DNA of 64,000 nt, from contig CAXXWQ010000003.1 of NCBI GenBank assembly GCA_963674945.2, forward strand, positions 1,120,001 through 1,184,000, written 5' to 3'. Made by a program: the position numbers and the translations under genes. The DNA is from an uncultured Desulfosarcina sp. GTDB lineage: Bacteria > Desulfobacterota > Desulfobacteria > Desulfobacterales > Desulfosarcinaceae. Under the pieces are notes generated by a model. The model did no database searches and was not told the origin of the DNA. It saw nothing but the letters and a program-made list of their open reading frames with translations. Shown here one piece after another: positions 38,552 to 49,346 of the stretch. Positions within the stretch are counted from its first letter, which is position 1, and each line of letters begins with the position of its first letter.

Positions 38552-40204
38552 ATGGCAACGCAGCATTTGCAGTCCCTGACATTGGGGCAGATTCTGGATC
38601 GAACCGTGGCCGCCCACGGCGACCGCGATGCACTGGTTTATGTGGACCGGGATTTCAGGCTTACCTACACTGAATTTGCGGAGGTCGTCGACCGGCTGGC
38701 CAAGGGGTTGATGGCCCTGGGAATTCAAAAAAACGAGAAAGTGGCCGTGTGGGCCACCAATATCCCTTACTGGGTGGCCCTGCAGTTCGCCACGGCCAAA
38801 ATCGGCGCCATCCTGCTCACCGTTAACACCAATTATAGAACCGCCGAGCTGGCCTACCTTCTGGAACAATCCGATACACAAACGCTTTTTCTCATCGACG
38901 GGTATCAGGACACCGATTATATCCAGACCGTCTACGATCTGGTTCCGGAGCTTAAGACCCAGGATCGCGGACATTTGGAAAGCAACAGGTTCCCGTACCT
39001 GAAACGGGTCTGTTTTCTGGGCCAGGAAAAGCACCGGGGCATGTACAGCGTTCCCGAGATCATGGCTCTTTCCGCCATGACCGGCGACGATCAATACCTG
39101 GCGCGTCAGGCCGAACTGGATCCCCATGACGTGATCAACATGCAGTATACATCCGGTACCACCGGGTTTCCCAAAGGGGTCATGCTGTCGCACTACAACA
39201 TCGGAAACAACGGCTTCTGGATCGGCGAGAACCAGCGCTTTACCGAAAAGGACCGGGTCTGCCTGCCCGTGCCGTTGTTCCACTGTTTCGGATGTGTGCT
39301 GGGAGTGCTGGCCATCGTAACCCACGGCGCGGCCATGGTGATTCTCGAGAAATTCGATCCGGTGCAGGTCATGGCCTCGGTGGAGCAGGAGCGCTGCACG
39401 GCCCTTTACGGCGTGCCAACCATGTTCATCGCCGTGCTGGAGCACAAGCTGTTCGACAAGTTTGAATTCTCTTCCCTGCGCACCGGCATCATGGCCGGTT
39501 CGCCCTGCCCGGTGCAGGTCATGCGCCAGGTCATCGACAGACTGAACATGAGTGAGGTCACCATCTGCTACGGACTGACCGAGAACTCACCGGTCATGAC
39601 CCAGACCCTGCCCGACGACGACATCCGTCGACGCACCGAGACCGTGGGGCGGGCCATGCCGGAGATCGAATTAAAGATCGTCGACCCGGAAACCGGCGAA
39701 ATCCTCCCGCCCGGCCAGCAGGGTGAAGTGTGCTGCCGGGGCTACAGTGTGATGAAGGGATATTACAAAATGACCGAGGCCACGGCAAAGGCCATCGATG
39801 AAGAGGGATGGCTGCACTCCGGCGACCTTGGAGTGATGGACGAGGACGGCTACCTGGCCATTACCGGCCGCCATAAGGATATGATCATTCGGGGCGGAGA
39901 GAACATCTACCCTCGTGAGATCGAAGAGTTTCTCTACCGGATGGACGGCATCTCCGACGTCCAGGTGGTGGGGATCCCCAGCCAGAAATACGGAGAGGAG
40001 GTCGGCGCCTTCATTATCCGCAAAACGGGGTCGGATACGACCGTCGAGGATGTGAAGGATTTTTGCCGGGGCCAGATCGCCCGCTATAAAATTCCCAAGT
40101 GGGTCACCTTCGTGGACAGCTTCCCCCTGACCGCCAGCGGTAAGATCCAGAAATACAAGCTTCAGGAGAGAGCCTCCGAATTCTTCCCTGAATCGGGAAG
40201 TTGA
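38552..40204 (+). CDS. AMP-binding acyl-CoA synthetase
   Basis: [50 protein letters not shown]. Confidence 0.95.
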   Translation: MATQHLQSLTLGQILDRTVAAHGDRDALVYVDRDFRLTYTEFAEVVDRLAKGLMALGIQKNEKVAVWATNIPYWVALQFATAKIGAILLTVNTNYRTAELAYLLEQSDTQTLFLIDGYQDTDYIQTVYDLVPELKTQDRGHLESNRFPYLKRVCFLGQEKHRGMYSVPEIMALSAMTGDDQYLARQAELDPHDVINMQYTSGTTGFPKGVMLSHYNIGNNGFWIGENQRFTEKDRVCLPVPLFHCFGCVLGVLAIVTHGAAMVILEKFDPVQVMASVEQERCTALYGVPTMFIAVLEHKLFDKFEFSSLRTGIMAGSPCPVQVMRQVIDRLNMSEVTICYGLTENSPVMTQTLPDDDIRRRTETVGRAMPEIELKIVDPETGEILPPGQQGEVCCRGYSVMKGYYKMTEATAKAIDEEGWLHSGDLGVMDEDGYLAITGRHKDMIIRGGENIYPREIEEFLYRMDGISDVQVVGIPSQKYGEEVGAFIIRKTGSDTTVEDVKDFCRGQIARYKIPKWVTFVDSFPLTASGKIQKYKLQERASEFFPESGS

Positions 40205-40337
40205 TCCGGAAACGGTCTGCGCGTAGCAAATCGACGTCGTGTGGGATAACGGGCTTGCTCTTGTGTAAATCATGCATCAGGGGTAAGCTTGGCCTCATAG
40301 CATGGCTGTGTTGACAACCCTCATAAGGGAGGAGATC

Positions 40338-40781
40338 ATGGCGCAATGCATTGCCGACCGCAGGGATATCGAATTTGTTCTGTATGAACAAATAAACGCC
40401 GAACAGTTCTTCAAACACGAAAAGTTCAAGGATTTTTCCCGCAAGGCCGCCGATCTGATCGTTTCCGAAGCACGCCAGCTGGCCATAAAGGAGATTTTGC
40501 CGACCAATGCACAAGGGGATCGCGATGGCGCCCGATTTGAAAATGGTCAGGTGAAAGTGCCCGAATGCTATCACCGGGCGTTTACACATTTTGTGGAAGG
40601 TGAATGGACCGCAATGAGAAGATCGGCAAAAACAAGGAGGCGGCCTTCTACGTGGGTCAGCTGCAAACGGCGACCTATTTCATAAACGCAATCCTGCCGA
40701 TCGCCATGGGCAAATATGGACGCCATTGCCATTACCGACGGCGCTGTCGCCTCGGTCCACGATGCGTCGTTTGGGGGTTGA
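40338..40781 (+). pseudogene. Acyl-CoA dehydrogenase with large internal deletion
   Basis: N-terminus MAQCIADRRDIEFVLYEQ..EGEWTAM fused out of frame to C-terminus KNKEAAFYVGQLQTATYFI..GKMDAI..DASFGG. Confidence 0.85.
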
Positions 40782-41076
40782 GGCGCACGATTTTACCCCA
40801 ACAGAAATAATTCCTTCTCCCGGCGCAAGATCTTGTATTTTTGTGTCGATTTGATAAGTTAAAAGAAAATCATCCGCATAAACAGTTCCAGATTGCCGAT
40901 CTTTCCAATAATGCGCTTACTCCTGCGACGACTGCTTTGGTTGTAACTTCCAGATCTTGATGAAAGGTCCCTTTTGACGCTGATGTAAAATGATCGCGAC
41001 TGGCAGCATACATGATTCGTCCAAAAGAGCTACCTGTTTGTCAAAGGCAGGCCAAAAGAACTTACAAGGAGACAGC

Positions 41077-42744
41077 ATGGCAACGTTAGGAGTATCGAAC
41101 CACCTGTCGGTTTTGCCCACGGGATTTCCAACTGGACTACAATTGTTGAACAATCCGGCACTCAATAAGGGAACGGCGTTCAGCTACGAAGAGCGCGTTG
41201 CATTAGGGCTTCGCGGATTGGTTCCGCCAGGGATCAATACCATGGAGGAGCAGGTCACAAGGGTGATGGGCAACTATCACCGAAAAGAGACCGACCTGGA
41301 ACGATACATTTTTCTGGTGGCGCTGCAGGACAGGAACCAGACACTGTTTTATCGTGTGCTGTCGGAACACCTGGAAGAAATGCTGCCCATTATTTATACG
41401 CCGACGGTAGGTCTGGCCTGTCAGAAGTTCGTACACATTTTCAGAAGACCCAAAGGAATATTTGTCTCCACCAGGGACAAGGGGCACTTCTCGGATGTTT
41501 TACGGAACTGGCCCAATCGCGATGTGCGCGTCATTGTGATGACCGATGGTGAGAGAATTCTCGGGTTAGGCGATCTGGGTGCCGCGGGCATGGGGATTCC
41601 CGTGGGCAAACTGTCATTGTACACCGCCTGCGCCGGTATCCATCCAAACTGGTGTCTGCCGGTTACCATTGATGTGGGGACAAACAATGCGGATCTTCTA
41701 AAAGATCCGCTATATTTCGGGATGAAACACGAACGACTGCGAGGTGATGCCTATGATGATCTTATTGAGGAATTCATCCAGGCCGTTGATAACAATTTCC
41801 CCCACACACTCATCCAGTTCGAAGATTTCGGTAACACCAACGCCTTCCGCCTGCTCGAAAACTACCGCAACCGTATCTGCACCTTCAACGACGACATCCA
41901 GGGTACGGCAGCCGTGGCGTTGGCCGGCTTATACGCAGCCCTTCGCGTCAGTGACGCCAAACTGGCCGACCAGAAAATCCTGTTTCTTGGTGCCGGTGAG
42001 GCCGGCACGGGAATCGGCGGCCTGATCGTGGCGGCCATGATGGATGAAGGCCTTTCCCAAGCGCAAGCCCGGAGCCGCTGCTGGTATGTGGACTCACAAG
42101 GGCTCATCGTAAAAAATCGCGGAAAGTTGGCGGACCACAAAATTCCCTATGCCCATGAACACGAACATATTCCCGACTTTCTCGAAGCGGTGAAGGTGCT
42201 GAAGCCTACGGCCATAATCGGTGTAAGCGGAAAAGCGAATACATTTACCCGAAAGGTGGTGGAAACCATGGCGGCGAACAATCCAATGCCCATCATCTTT
42301 GCCCTTTCCAATCCCACCGCCAATTCGGAATGCACCGCACAGCAGGCCTACACCTGGTCCGATGGCCGGGCCTTGTTTGCCAGCGGCAGCCCTTTTGATC
42401 CGGTAGAACGCGACGGTCGGAAATTTGTACCGGGGCAGGGAAACAATGTGTATATTTTTCCCGGTATCGGATTGGGGGCGATTGCGTGCAAGGCCAACCG
42501 AATCACAAAAGACATGTTTCTCACTGCGGCCAGGACACTATCCACCTTTGTCACACCAGACGAACTTCAGCAGGGAAGGGTCTATCCATCACTTCAGAAA
42601 ATAAAAAGAATTTCTCGGGTTATTGCCATGGCGGTAGCAGAGGCGGCGTATGAGAAAAAACTGGCCGCCGCATCCAAACCGATAGACATGAAGGCGTTTA
42701 TCCGGTCCAATATGTGGGAACCGGTTTACGTCGATTATGTGTAA
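41077..42744 (+). CDS. maeA: NAD-dependent malic enzyme
   Basis: NKGTAF, PIIYTPTVG, TDGERILGLGDLG, FEDF, FNDDIQGT, GAGEAG, LSNPT, PGQGNN. Confidence 0.95.
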   Translation: MATLGVSNHLSVLPTGFPTGLQLLNNPALNKGTAFSYEERVALGLRGLVPPGINTMEEQVTRVMGNYHRKETDLERYIFLVALQDRNQTLFYRVLSEHLEEMLPIIYTPTVGLACQKFVHIFRRPKGIFVSTRDKGHFSDVLRNWPNRDVRVIVMTDGERILGLGDLGAAGMGIPVGKLSLYTACAGIHPNWCLPVTIDVGTNNADLLKDPLYFGMKHERLRGDAYDDLIEEFIQAVDNNFPHTLIQFEDFGNTNAFRLLENYRNRICTFNDDIQGTAAVALAGLYAALRVSDAKLADQKILFLGAGEAGTGIGGLIVAAMMDEGLSQAQARSRCWYVDSQGLIVKNRGKLADHKIPYAHEHEHIPDFLEAVKVLKPTAIIGVSGKANTFTRKVVETMAANNPMPIIFALSNPTANSECTAQQAYTWSDGRALFASGSPFDPVERDGRKFVPGQGNNVYIFPGIGLGAIACKANRITKDMFLTAARTLSTFVTPDELQQGRVYPSLQKIKRISRVIAMAVAEAAYEKKLAAASKPIDMKAFIRSNMWEPVYVDYV

Positions 42745-42751
42745 AAAATTG

Positions 42752-42931
42752 GTTCGTTTCTGGAAAGCATCGGTGTCTTTGATGCCGAAAAGGTGTTGGG
42801 GCTTCGCCTTGGGGAAACTTTGAGATGTGTCCATGCCCATGCAAAACCAAATGGATGCGGCACCACCCCCATGTGCGTTACCTGCGGTGCAGCCATTGCC
42901 ATGATGGCCGCCATCGAAAATAATATAATAA
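42752..42931 (+). pseudogene. Fragment of a Cys-rich PAS-like sensor kinase domain
   Basis: Manual translation VLGLRLGETLRCVHAHAKPNGCGTTPMCVTCGAAIAMMAAI; no start codon, no kinase core. Confidence 0.6.
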
Positions 42932-42956
42932 ATCATCAATCACAGGAGCAGGACGA

Positions 42957-43329
42957 ATGAGGGTGCATCGATCGGTATTTTCTTTTCTCATAATCATTAG
43001 CTTGGTTCTGATAACCGTATGCGGTGTACTATACCAATCCAGGGTATGGTGATACGGCTGAAGCATACTGCGCCAACCTGGATATCAATGGTGGCGGGTG
43101 GCGGTTGCCGACAGCCGATGAGTTGCGTTCGCTTGTAGACACGTCGGTGACCCCGCCAACTATCGTTGAACCCTTCTGGGATTATACCTTTGCGGACTGG
43201 TACTGGACATCCGACGCCAGTGACACGCCGTTGCATCGCATCTGTATCAATTTTGCCGGCGAACAGTACCCGATAGAAGTGGACTGTGCCGCAGCCTTGC
43301 CGTATCAGGTCAGGTGCTGCAAAGACTGA
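42957..43329 (+). pseudogene. DUF1566 (Lcl C-terminal) protein, signal peptide out of frame
   Basis: AEAYCANL..GWRLPTADELRSL..WYWTS..VRC; the signal-peptide ORF from ATG 42957 is in another frame. Confidence 0.7.
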
Positions 43330-43421
43330 TGGATCCGGGATATGGATCAGATTCCATTTTTTCCCGAGCCATGTTATTTGGTGTCCGATTATATTCGGGA
43401 TATTCTTTTTCATTCTTTCTT

Positions 43422-44195
43422 TCAGCAATAGGCAATATTCACCAATGGCAGAAAGTTCAGGCGACAGCCGTGCCGTGTCGTCCTGGATGTTTTGGAGGAG
43501 ACGGGGGCGCCCATTAACTTTGTTTTCCACCATCTTTTCCCAGAAGGCTGGGTCGATGGAGCATCGAGCAACCCCATGGATTTGGCCCGTTTTTCCCAAT
43601 CCTTCCTGGCCAGTGCTCGTATATCCGCTACACGGTCTGATTCATCCACGATTTCCAAACCCAAAAGTGTTTCGATTACATCTTCCATCGTAACGATTCC
43701 TGACATGCCACCGAATTCGTCAACGACCAGGACGATATGCTCACGATCTTTCAGAAACCGGTTGAACAGATCCGGAATCGGAAAGTTCCCCCGGATCGTC
43801 AATACCTTGCACTCCAGAATGTGGATCGGTTCATCCTCCCTGTTTTCGACGAGTTTTGTGAGAACTTCATCTTTCAGGATCTATCCAGTGACAATGACTT
43901 TACTGTAAATGGGGGCCAGTTCCTTCCAGAAATTTGCGCCCAGGGTTTTGGGGATGAGCTCTGAAAGCACCAGGATTGCCAAGGTCATGATCACGGGAAC
44001 GAGGATGCTGGTGATAAGATGGTTGGACTCGGCCCAAATCTGGGTCGCCTGGTTGCCCACACCCAAAGCACCGACAGTATGGACGATTGTGTTCAGTGCC
44101 AAGATTGCAACGAGCGGCCGATCTATATTGTCTTTGAAAACCTGCAGCCGCCTTATTAGTGGAGCGCCCTCCTTCAGCTTGATCTGGGCGTAAGA
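43422..44195 (-). pseudogene. CNNM/CBS (hemolysin-family) protein, fragmented and truncated by the IS
   Basis: DRPLVAILALNTIVHTVGA, ILVLSELIPKTLGA and HIVLVVDEFGGMSGIVTMEDVIETLLGLEIVDE in different frames. Confidence 0.85.
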
Positions 44196-46652
44196 TCAGG
44201 AAACTTGATTTCCTAATTGTTGCATATGGCAAGCAAAACATAATGTAAGTGGTTGAAAAACAGAAAGATAGGAGTCTGAATCCAGCAGGCCGGTAAGGTA
44301 TTGCAACCGGAAAATGAACATGGCACCTTTAACCTTATTATCTTGGCGGATAAATGAAAGGAAAAGGATGCCATGCCTCAACAGATACTACCACTTATTC
44401 CTCGCGGTGCAAGACAAATCAACGGGCTTGTCAGTGTATTTCGTGACGATACGACCTGGACCTATTTTCTATCGACCGTTCCGATTTATTCTCACAGACA
44501 AGGCGATCAACGAATGTTTCGGATGATAACAGCCCAACTGGTTGAATCCGGAGCTTGCCGCCAGATCGATATCCAAAACACATTCGGCGTATCCAAGAGC
44601 AATGTCATCCGATCCGTGAACAAACTCAGGTCCGGCGGCGCCGAGGCATTTTTCGTTCAGCGGCGGGGACGACGCGGCGGCAAGGTTTTCAAACCTGAGG
44701 TGCTTGAACAAGCCCAACGTTTACTGGATCAAGGGTGCTCGAAAAAAGATGCCGCCCTGGAACTTGGCATTAAATACGATACGTTTCGCAAAGCTATAGA
44801 TGATGGTCGGTTAATCGAATCAAGGATTGGTGAACCGTGTCTAACCAAATCAGATCGGGACATGGTCGACATGGCTGCTGCCGATGGTATGGGGACGGCT
44901 TGCAACCGAGTCGGGGAACGCATATTGGCATCATTGGGCAAAATGGTTGGTGCGCCGGTTCGTTTTGACAGATGCCTGGACGTTCCCAAAGCAGGCGTTC
45001 TTTGTGCGATACCGTCATTGGTGGCAAACGGGTTGTTTACCGGCGCAAAACAGTTCCTCGGCCAAGTCAAAGGCTATTACACGATCTTTCATGTCTTGTT
45101 GCTGCTTTCGTTTATGGCCTTATGCAGGATCAAGACGACAGAAAAAATACGAGGCCATGCTCCGGGAGAATTTGGTAAGTTATTGGGCTTGGATCGTGCA
45201 CCGGAGGTTCGCTGTTTGCGTTACAAGATGGATGCGTTGAGCGCAGACCACGGCGCGGAAAAGTGGGCCGCATACCTCGGTAAATACTGGATGGAACAGG
45301 CGCCCGAATCGGTTGGCGCGCTTTATGTTGACGGGCATGTACGTGTTTATCATGGAAAATTGACCCGACTACCGCGCCGCTACGTGTCCCGGGAACGATT
45401 GTGCATGAGGGGCATTACCGACTATTGGGTTAACGATGCGATTGGCCGACCTTTTTTTGTCGTCGAAAAGCAGATCGATCCTGGATTATTGGCGGTTTTA
45501 AGAGACGATATCGTTCCCCGGTTGTTGCAAGACGTTCCGAATCAACCCGGTTTGCAGCAACTACAAGAGAACCCATGTTTATGCCGGTTCGTTCTTGTTT
45601 TCGACAGGGAAGGATATAGTCCCGCATTCTTCAAGGAAATGTGGGATCGCCATCGAATCGGCTGCATGACGTATCATAAGCATCCTGGTGAATCATGGCC
45701 GGAGCATTGGTTCACCGAGTATGAAGTTGCGATGCCAAACAAAGAGGTGGTGAAGATGCGGCTTTGCGAAATGGGTAGTTTGGTGGGATCTGGTAAGGGT
45801 GCAACATGGATGCGACAAGTGCGAAAACTGACCGATTCCGGACACCAGACCAGCGTAATCAGCACCGCTTTCGATTTGCCGCATACTCAATTGGCAGCAC
45901 GCATGTTCAGCCGGTGGTGTCAGGAAAACTTTTTCAACTATATGATGCAACATTTTGATATCGATGTGCTTTTAGATTATGGTGTCGTTGAATTTCCTGA
46001 TACCGAACGGGTAATCAACCCCGTTTGGCGGCAATTGAATCAATCCCGTAATTCGTTGCAGAACAAGCTACGATATCGTCGTGCCTGTTTTGCCGAGATG
46101 ACCATTCACCCTGAAAATGAAGACAAACCGGTAAAGTTTAAGAAGTGGATAGAGAAAAAGGCCGAGCTGTTAGAAGAAATCGAAAAGATGGAGTATCAAC
46201 TCAGCGAGTTGAAAGAAAAACGAAAACAGACAAGTAAACACATCACGTGGGGAGAACTTGAAGCAAAAGATAAATTTTTACGTTTACAACCGGGCAGAAA
46301 ACGCCTGATGGACACGGTTCGTATGATTGCATATCGTGCAGAGACGGCAATGGTTGGGTTGCTCACGGGTCCGACGGTAAACTCGTCGGATGCACGGAGT
46401 CTTCTCCAGACACTGTTCCAGACCGAAGGCGATGTACTGCCCGATATTGAAAATCAGCAATTGAATATACGATTGCACGGCGCTTCGTTCCCAGCGGCCA
46501 ATCGGGCTCTTTGCCAACTGTTTGCGCATCTGAACAGTGCGCAGGTAAAATACCCCGGTACCGAGCTGCAAATGATATTCGAACTAAATGGCTGCAGCAC
46601 CTCAAATCATGCCGGAGGTGTCACATAGTTTTCCCGGAGATGCAGTGTTCTG
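44196..46652 (+). mobile_element. Insertion sequence with a large transposase (family unassigned)
   Basis: Interrupts the CNNM gene near 44195; weak imperfect IRs TCAGGAAACTTGATTTCC and GGAGATGCAGTGTTCTG; ends approximate. Confidence 0.65.
44373..46628 (+). CDS. Putative DDE transposase (751 aa)
   Basis: N-terminal HTHs; LYVDGHVRVY, VFDREGY, FSRWCQENFF (D-D-E with IS4-superfamily-like R-W-x-x-E); coiled-coil insertion. Confidence 0.85.
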   Translation: MPQQILPLIPRGARQINGLVSVFRDDTTWTYFLSTVPIYSHRQGDQRMFRMITAQLVESGACRQIDIQNTFGVSKSNVIRSVNKLRSGGAEAFFVQRRGRRGGKVFKPEVLEQAQRLLDQGCSKKDAALELGIKYDTFRKAIDDGRLIESRIGEPCLTKSDRDMVDMAAADGMGTACNRVGERILASLGKMVGAPVRFDRCLDVPKAGVLCAIPSLVANGLFTGAKQFLGQVKGYYTIFHVLLLLSFMALCRIKTTEKIRGHAPGEFGKLLGLDRAPEVRCLRYKMDALSADHGAEKWAAYLGKYWMEQAPESVGALYVDGHVRVYHGKLTRLPRRYVSRERLCMRGITDYWVNDAIGRPFFVVEKQIDPGLLAVLRDDIVPRLLQDVPNQPGLQQLQENPCLCRFVLVFDREGYSPAFFKEMWDRHRIGCMTYHKHPGESWPEHWFTEYEVAMPNKEVVKMRLCEMGSLVGSGKGATWMRQVRKLTDSGHQTSVISTAFDLPHTQLAARMFSRWCQENFFNYMMQHFDIDVLLDYGVVEFPDTERVINPVWRQLNQSRNSLQNKLRYRRACFAEMTIHPENEDKPVKFKKWIEKKAELLEEIEKMEYQLSELKEKRKQTSKHITWGELEAKDKFLRLQPGRKRLMDTVRMIAYRAETAMVGLLTGPTVNSSDARSLLQTLFQTEGDVLPDIENQQLNIRLHGASFPAANRALCQLFAHLNSAQVKYPGTELQMIFELNGCSTSNHAGGVT

Positions 46653-46793
46653 TACCTATATGTCAGAAGGGATTGAAAGATCAATCGGCAGAACTACTCA
46701 AATATCCTTCGGACAATAGGCAGTTTTGCCCACGGAAAAATCTCTCTATCCGTCGAAGTCGAGGTGACCATTACCCTTTGAAAGGCATCGGCA

Positions 46794-47444
46794 TTAACTA
46801 TTGACGTAATTCTGAGCAATGGCATAGCGAACCAGATCGGCGGTTCGCTTAAGATTGAGTTTAGACCGGATATTGGCATGGTGGCGATGTACCGTACGTA
46901 CACTGATACAGAGTTTTTCACTGATCTCCTGATCGGTGAGGCCTTCGGCAATCAGTTTCAGCACGTGGCGCTCTCGGGTTGTGAGAGGATCCGAGGCGGC
47001 GGGTGAAGCGCCCTGAAAGAGGGACAGGATGGTGGAAGGAAATGCTTCGAACAATCTTTTCGATAAATAGGATTTGCCTTTGCGGATGCGATCGATGGCT
47101 TCGATCAGTTCATCCGACGAATCTTCCTTGAGCAGATAGCCTTTGGCGCCTGCCGCCAGGGCCATGGTGAGAAACTCCTCTCGTTTGTGCATGCTCAACA
47201 TGAGGATATGGGTATCGGGACGGTAGGCGAGGACTTCACGGATGGCTTCGATTCCCCGCATACCCGGCATGGAAATGTCCAGAATTACCAGATTGGGGGA
47301 TAATCGCTTCACCAGCTTGAGCAGCTCCAGACCGTCGCCGGCCTCGCCGACGACCTGGAGCCCGTCCACCGATTCGATGAGGTTGCGAACGCCATCACGC
47401 ATCATGGCGTGATCGTCGGCAAGGATGATCGTGTATGTGTTCAT
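46794..47444 (-). CDS. NarL/FixJ family response regulator
   Basis: ADDH, LDISMPG, LSMH, GYLLK; LuxR HTH LTTRERHVLKLIAEG..ISVRTV. Confidence 0.95.
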   Translation of the reverse strand: MNTYTIILADDHAMMRDGVRNLIESVDGLQVVGEAGDGLELLKLVKRLSPNLVILDISMPGMRGIEAIREVLAYRPDTHILMLSMHKREEFLTMALAAGAKGYLLKEDSSDELIEAIDRIRKGKSYLSKRLFEAFPSTILSLFQGASPAASDPLTTRERHVLKLIAEGLTDQEISEKLCISVRTVHRHHANIRSKLNLKRTADLVRYAIAQNYVNS

Positions 47445-49258
47445 GATGGCTCCCGTGACGGGTAGGGAAAAGAGATGATCAGTCGCGTCCCTTTGCCGTA
47501 ATCACTGTCGATGGAAAAGGTTGCTCCGATCATCCGGCACCGCAGCGCCATGGCCGATAGTCCCAACCCCCGCGCGACACCTTCTTCGTCGTATCGATGC
47601 CGGTGATCGAAGCCCTTTCCATTGTCTTGTATGCGAATACAAAAGTCGTCGTTATCATGCTCTGCGGTCACTGTTACCCATGATGCCTGGGCATGCTTGG
47701 CAATATTGGTCAGAGCCTCCTGGATCACACGGAAAAGACATAGCTGCACGCTGGGCGTTTTTATCCGATCCAGTGGCGCAAGTTCCGTTTCCACCTCGAC
47801 ATGGTAATTTTCTGCAAATTCACGCATGGTCTGCCGAACGGCCGCGTGCAGCCCCAACACATCCAACGCTGCCGGCTTCAGACCATGGGCGACATCGCGG
47901 ATGTCGTTGATGATCTTGTCCATGATCGTTATCAGATGGTTGCATTTTTTCCTTAGATCCACTGCATCGGGAGGTAGGCTGTTCTGGAGGCTTTTCATGT
48001 TCAGCTTGAGCACGTTCAGGTCCTGGCCGCAACCGTCGTGAAGTTCCATGGCGATGCGCCGCAGCTCGTCTTCCTGGGCCGTCAGCAGTCGGCCGGAGAG
48101 GTTGTTGAGGGTATCGACGGTGTTGCTGAGCCTTTCCTGCAGGCGAAATCGTTGAACGGCCGTTCCCAAACGCAGCCCAACCGCTTCTATATTTTCCACG
48201 ACACGTAAAGGAAATACATTTCCCCTGCGATCTGCGGCATGAATCAGCCCGCGGATTGTGTTGTCTACCGGGATGGGAACGATCAAAACCGATTCATGGC
48301 CTTGTGCATGGCACATGTTGACCGTCTCTTCCAGTTCCTCCGTCGGCAAAGTAGCCAGAAAACGGCTGGTTTCGTTCATATAGAACGATCCTTTCGGCGT
48401 AAAATAGAACCGGTCGGGATCGGTCTCCCCCCTGATCACCGCCGTGCATACGCACCGGTCGCTCTTTTGAGAGAGCGGGTTTTTGGAATCGTAAAACACC
48501 CGGCTGAAACCGTCATGGGCATAGTAGGGGATACTTCCGTCGGGATCCAGCATTCGGATGCCGACGGCGTCGCATTTCAAGTAATGTTTAACCATATCGA
48601 CGCATCTGCGCAGCAGCACCTGTATGTTCTCGGCCGTGCCGGCGATTTCCAGACAATTCTGTTGAAGCATAAAATTCGAGGAGAGTACCGTGATTTCCGT
48701 GATATCCATCAGTGCCAGCATGTAACACGATTCATCGCCATTCCCATTGGATCGTCGTTGCATCTGGAGGCGGGCGTCGAAAAAAGAGCCGTTGGACCGT
48801 TTCATTTTTATCTCAAATGGTTCGGCCTCCTCTTGCTTCCTGCAAAGCAGCTTGTGACGATAAAACACGTCCTGGTCATCGCCATGGATAAAATCGGTGA
48901 TGCGCCGACGAGCAAGTGAACTGCGCGGTGCATCGAAAATAATGGCGGTGGCCACGTTGATGTCTCCGATGACACCATCCTGGTCGAAGGTCAGGTAGCC
49001 GATGGGGGCGAAGGTAAACAGTTCGGCATAGTTGCGGTATAGGTTCTCGTAGCGCTGTCTGGCCTCCTCGACGGCATTCTGCCGTCGTCGCAGTTCGTCG
49101 TTTTGCAGTTCCAGCTTGGTCTGGTGGATCTGAACTTCATGTATCAGGCGCAAAGTTTCTCTATCCGTCTCCGTTCCGGCGGAAAAACGTCCGACCGCGC
49201 GTTCCGCCTTGCGGCGCAGTTCGGTCCAGTGGGATTCTTCGTATGTCGTTTCTGTCAT
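47441..49258 (-). CDS. Cytoplasmic PAS-GAF sensor histidine kinase (HisKA_3)
   Basis: PAS (FAPIGY), GAF, RRIAMELHDGCGQ, QEALTNIAKHA, QDNGKGF, GLGL, GKGT. Confidence 0.92.
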   Translation of the reverse strand: MTETTYEESHWTELRRKAERAVGRFSAGTETDRETLRLIHEVQIHQTKLELQNDELRRRQNAVEEARQRYENLYRNYAELFTFAPIGYLTFDQDGVIGDINVATAIIFDAPRSSLARRRITDFIHGDDQDVFYRHKLLCRKQEEAEPFEIKMKRSNGSFFDARLQMQRRSNGNGDESCYMLALMDITEITVLSSNFMLQQNCLEIAGTAENIQVLLRRCVDMVKHYLKCDAVGIRMLDPDGSIPYYAHDGFSRVFYDSKNPLSQKSDRCVCTAVIRGETDPDRFYFTPKGSFYMNETSRFLATLPTEELEETVNMCHAQGHESVLIVPIPVDNTIRGLIHAADRRGNVFPLRVVENIEAVGLRLGTAVQRFRLQERLSNTVDTLNNLSGRLLTAQEDELRRIAMELHDGCGQDLNVLKLNMKSLQNSLPPDAVDLRKKCNHLITIMDKIINDIRDVAHGLKPAALDVLGLHAAVRQTMREFAENYHVEVETELAPLDRIKTPSVQLCLFRVIQEALTNIAKHAQASWVTVTAEHDNDDFCIRIQDNGKGFDHRHRYDEEGVARGLGLSAMALRCRMIGATFSIDSDYGKGTRLIISFPYPSREPS

Positions 49259-49346
49259 GGCGATGCACTTCCTGTCATTGGTCTCGAATACTCATCTCCC
49301 GGCCGCCCGCAGATGCCGGGCCCGTTGTCCTGTCATGGGAACACCT

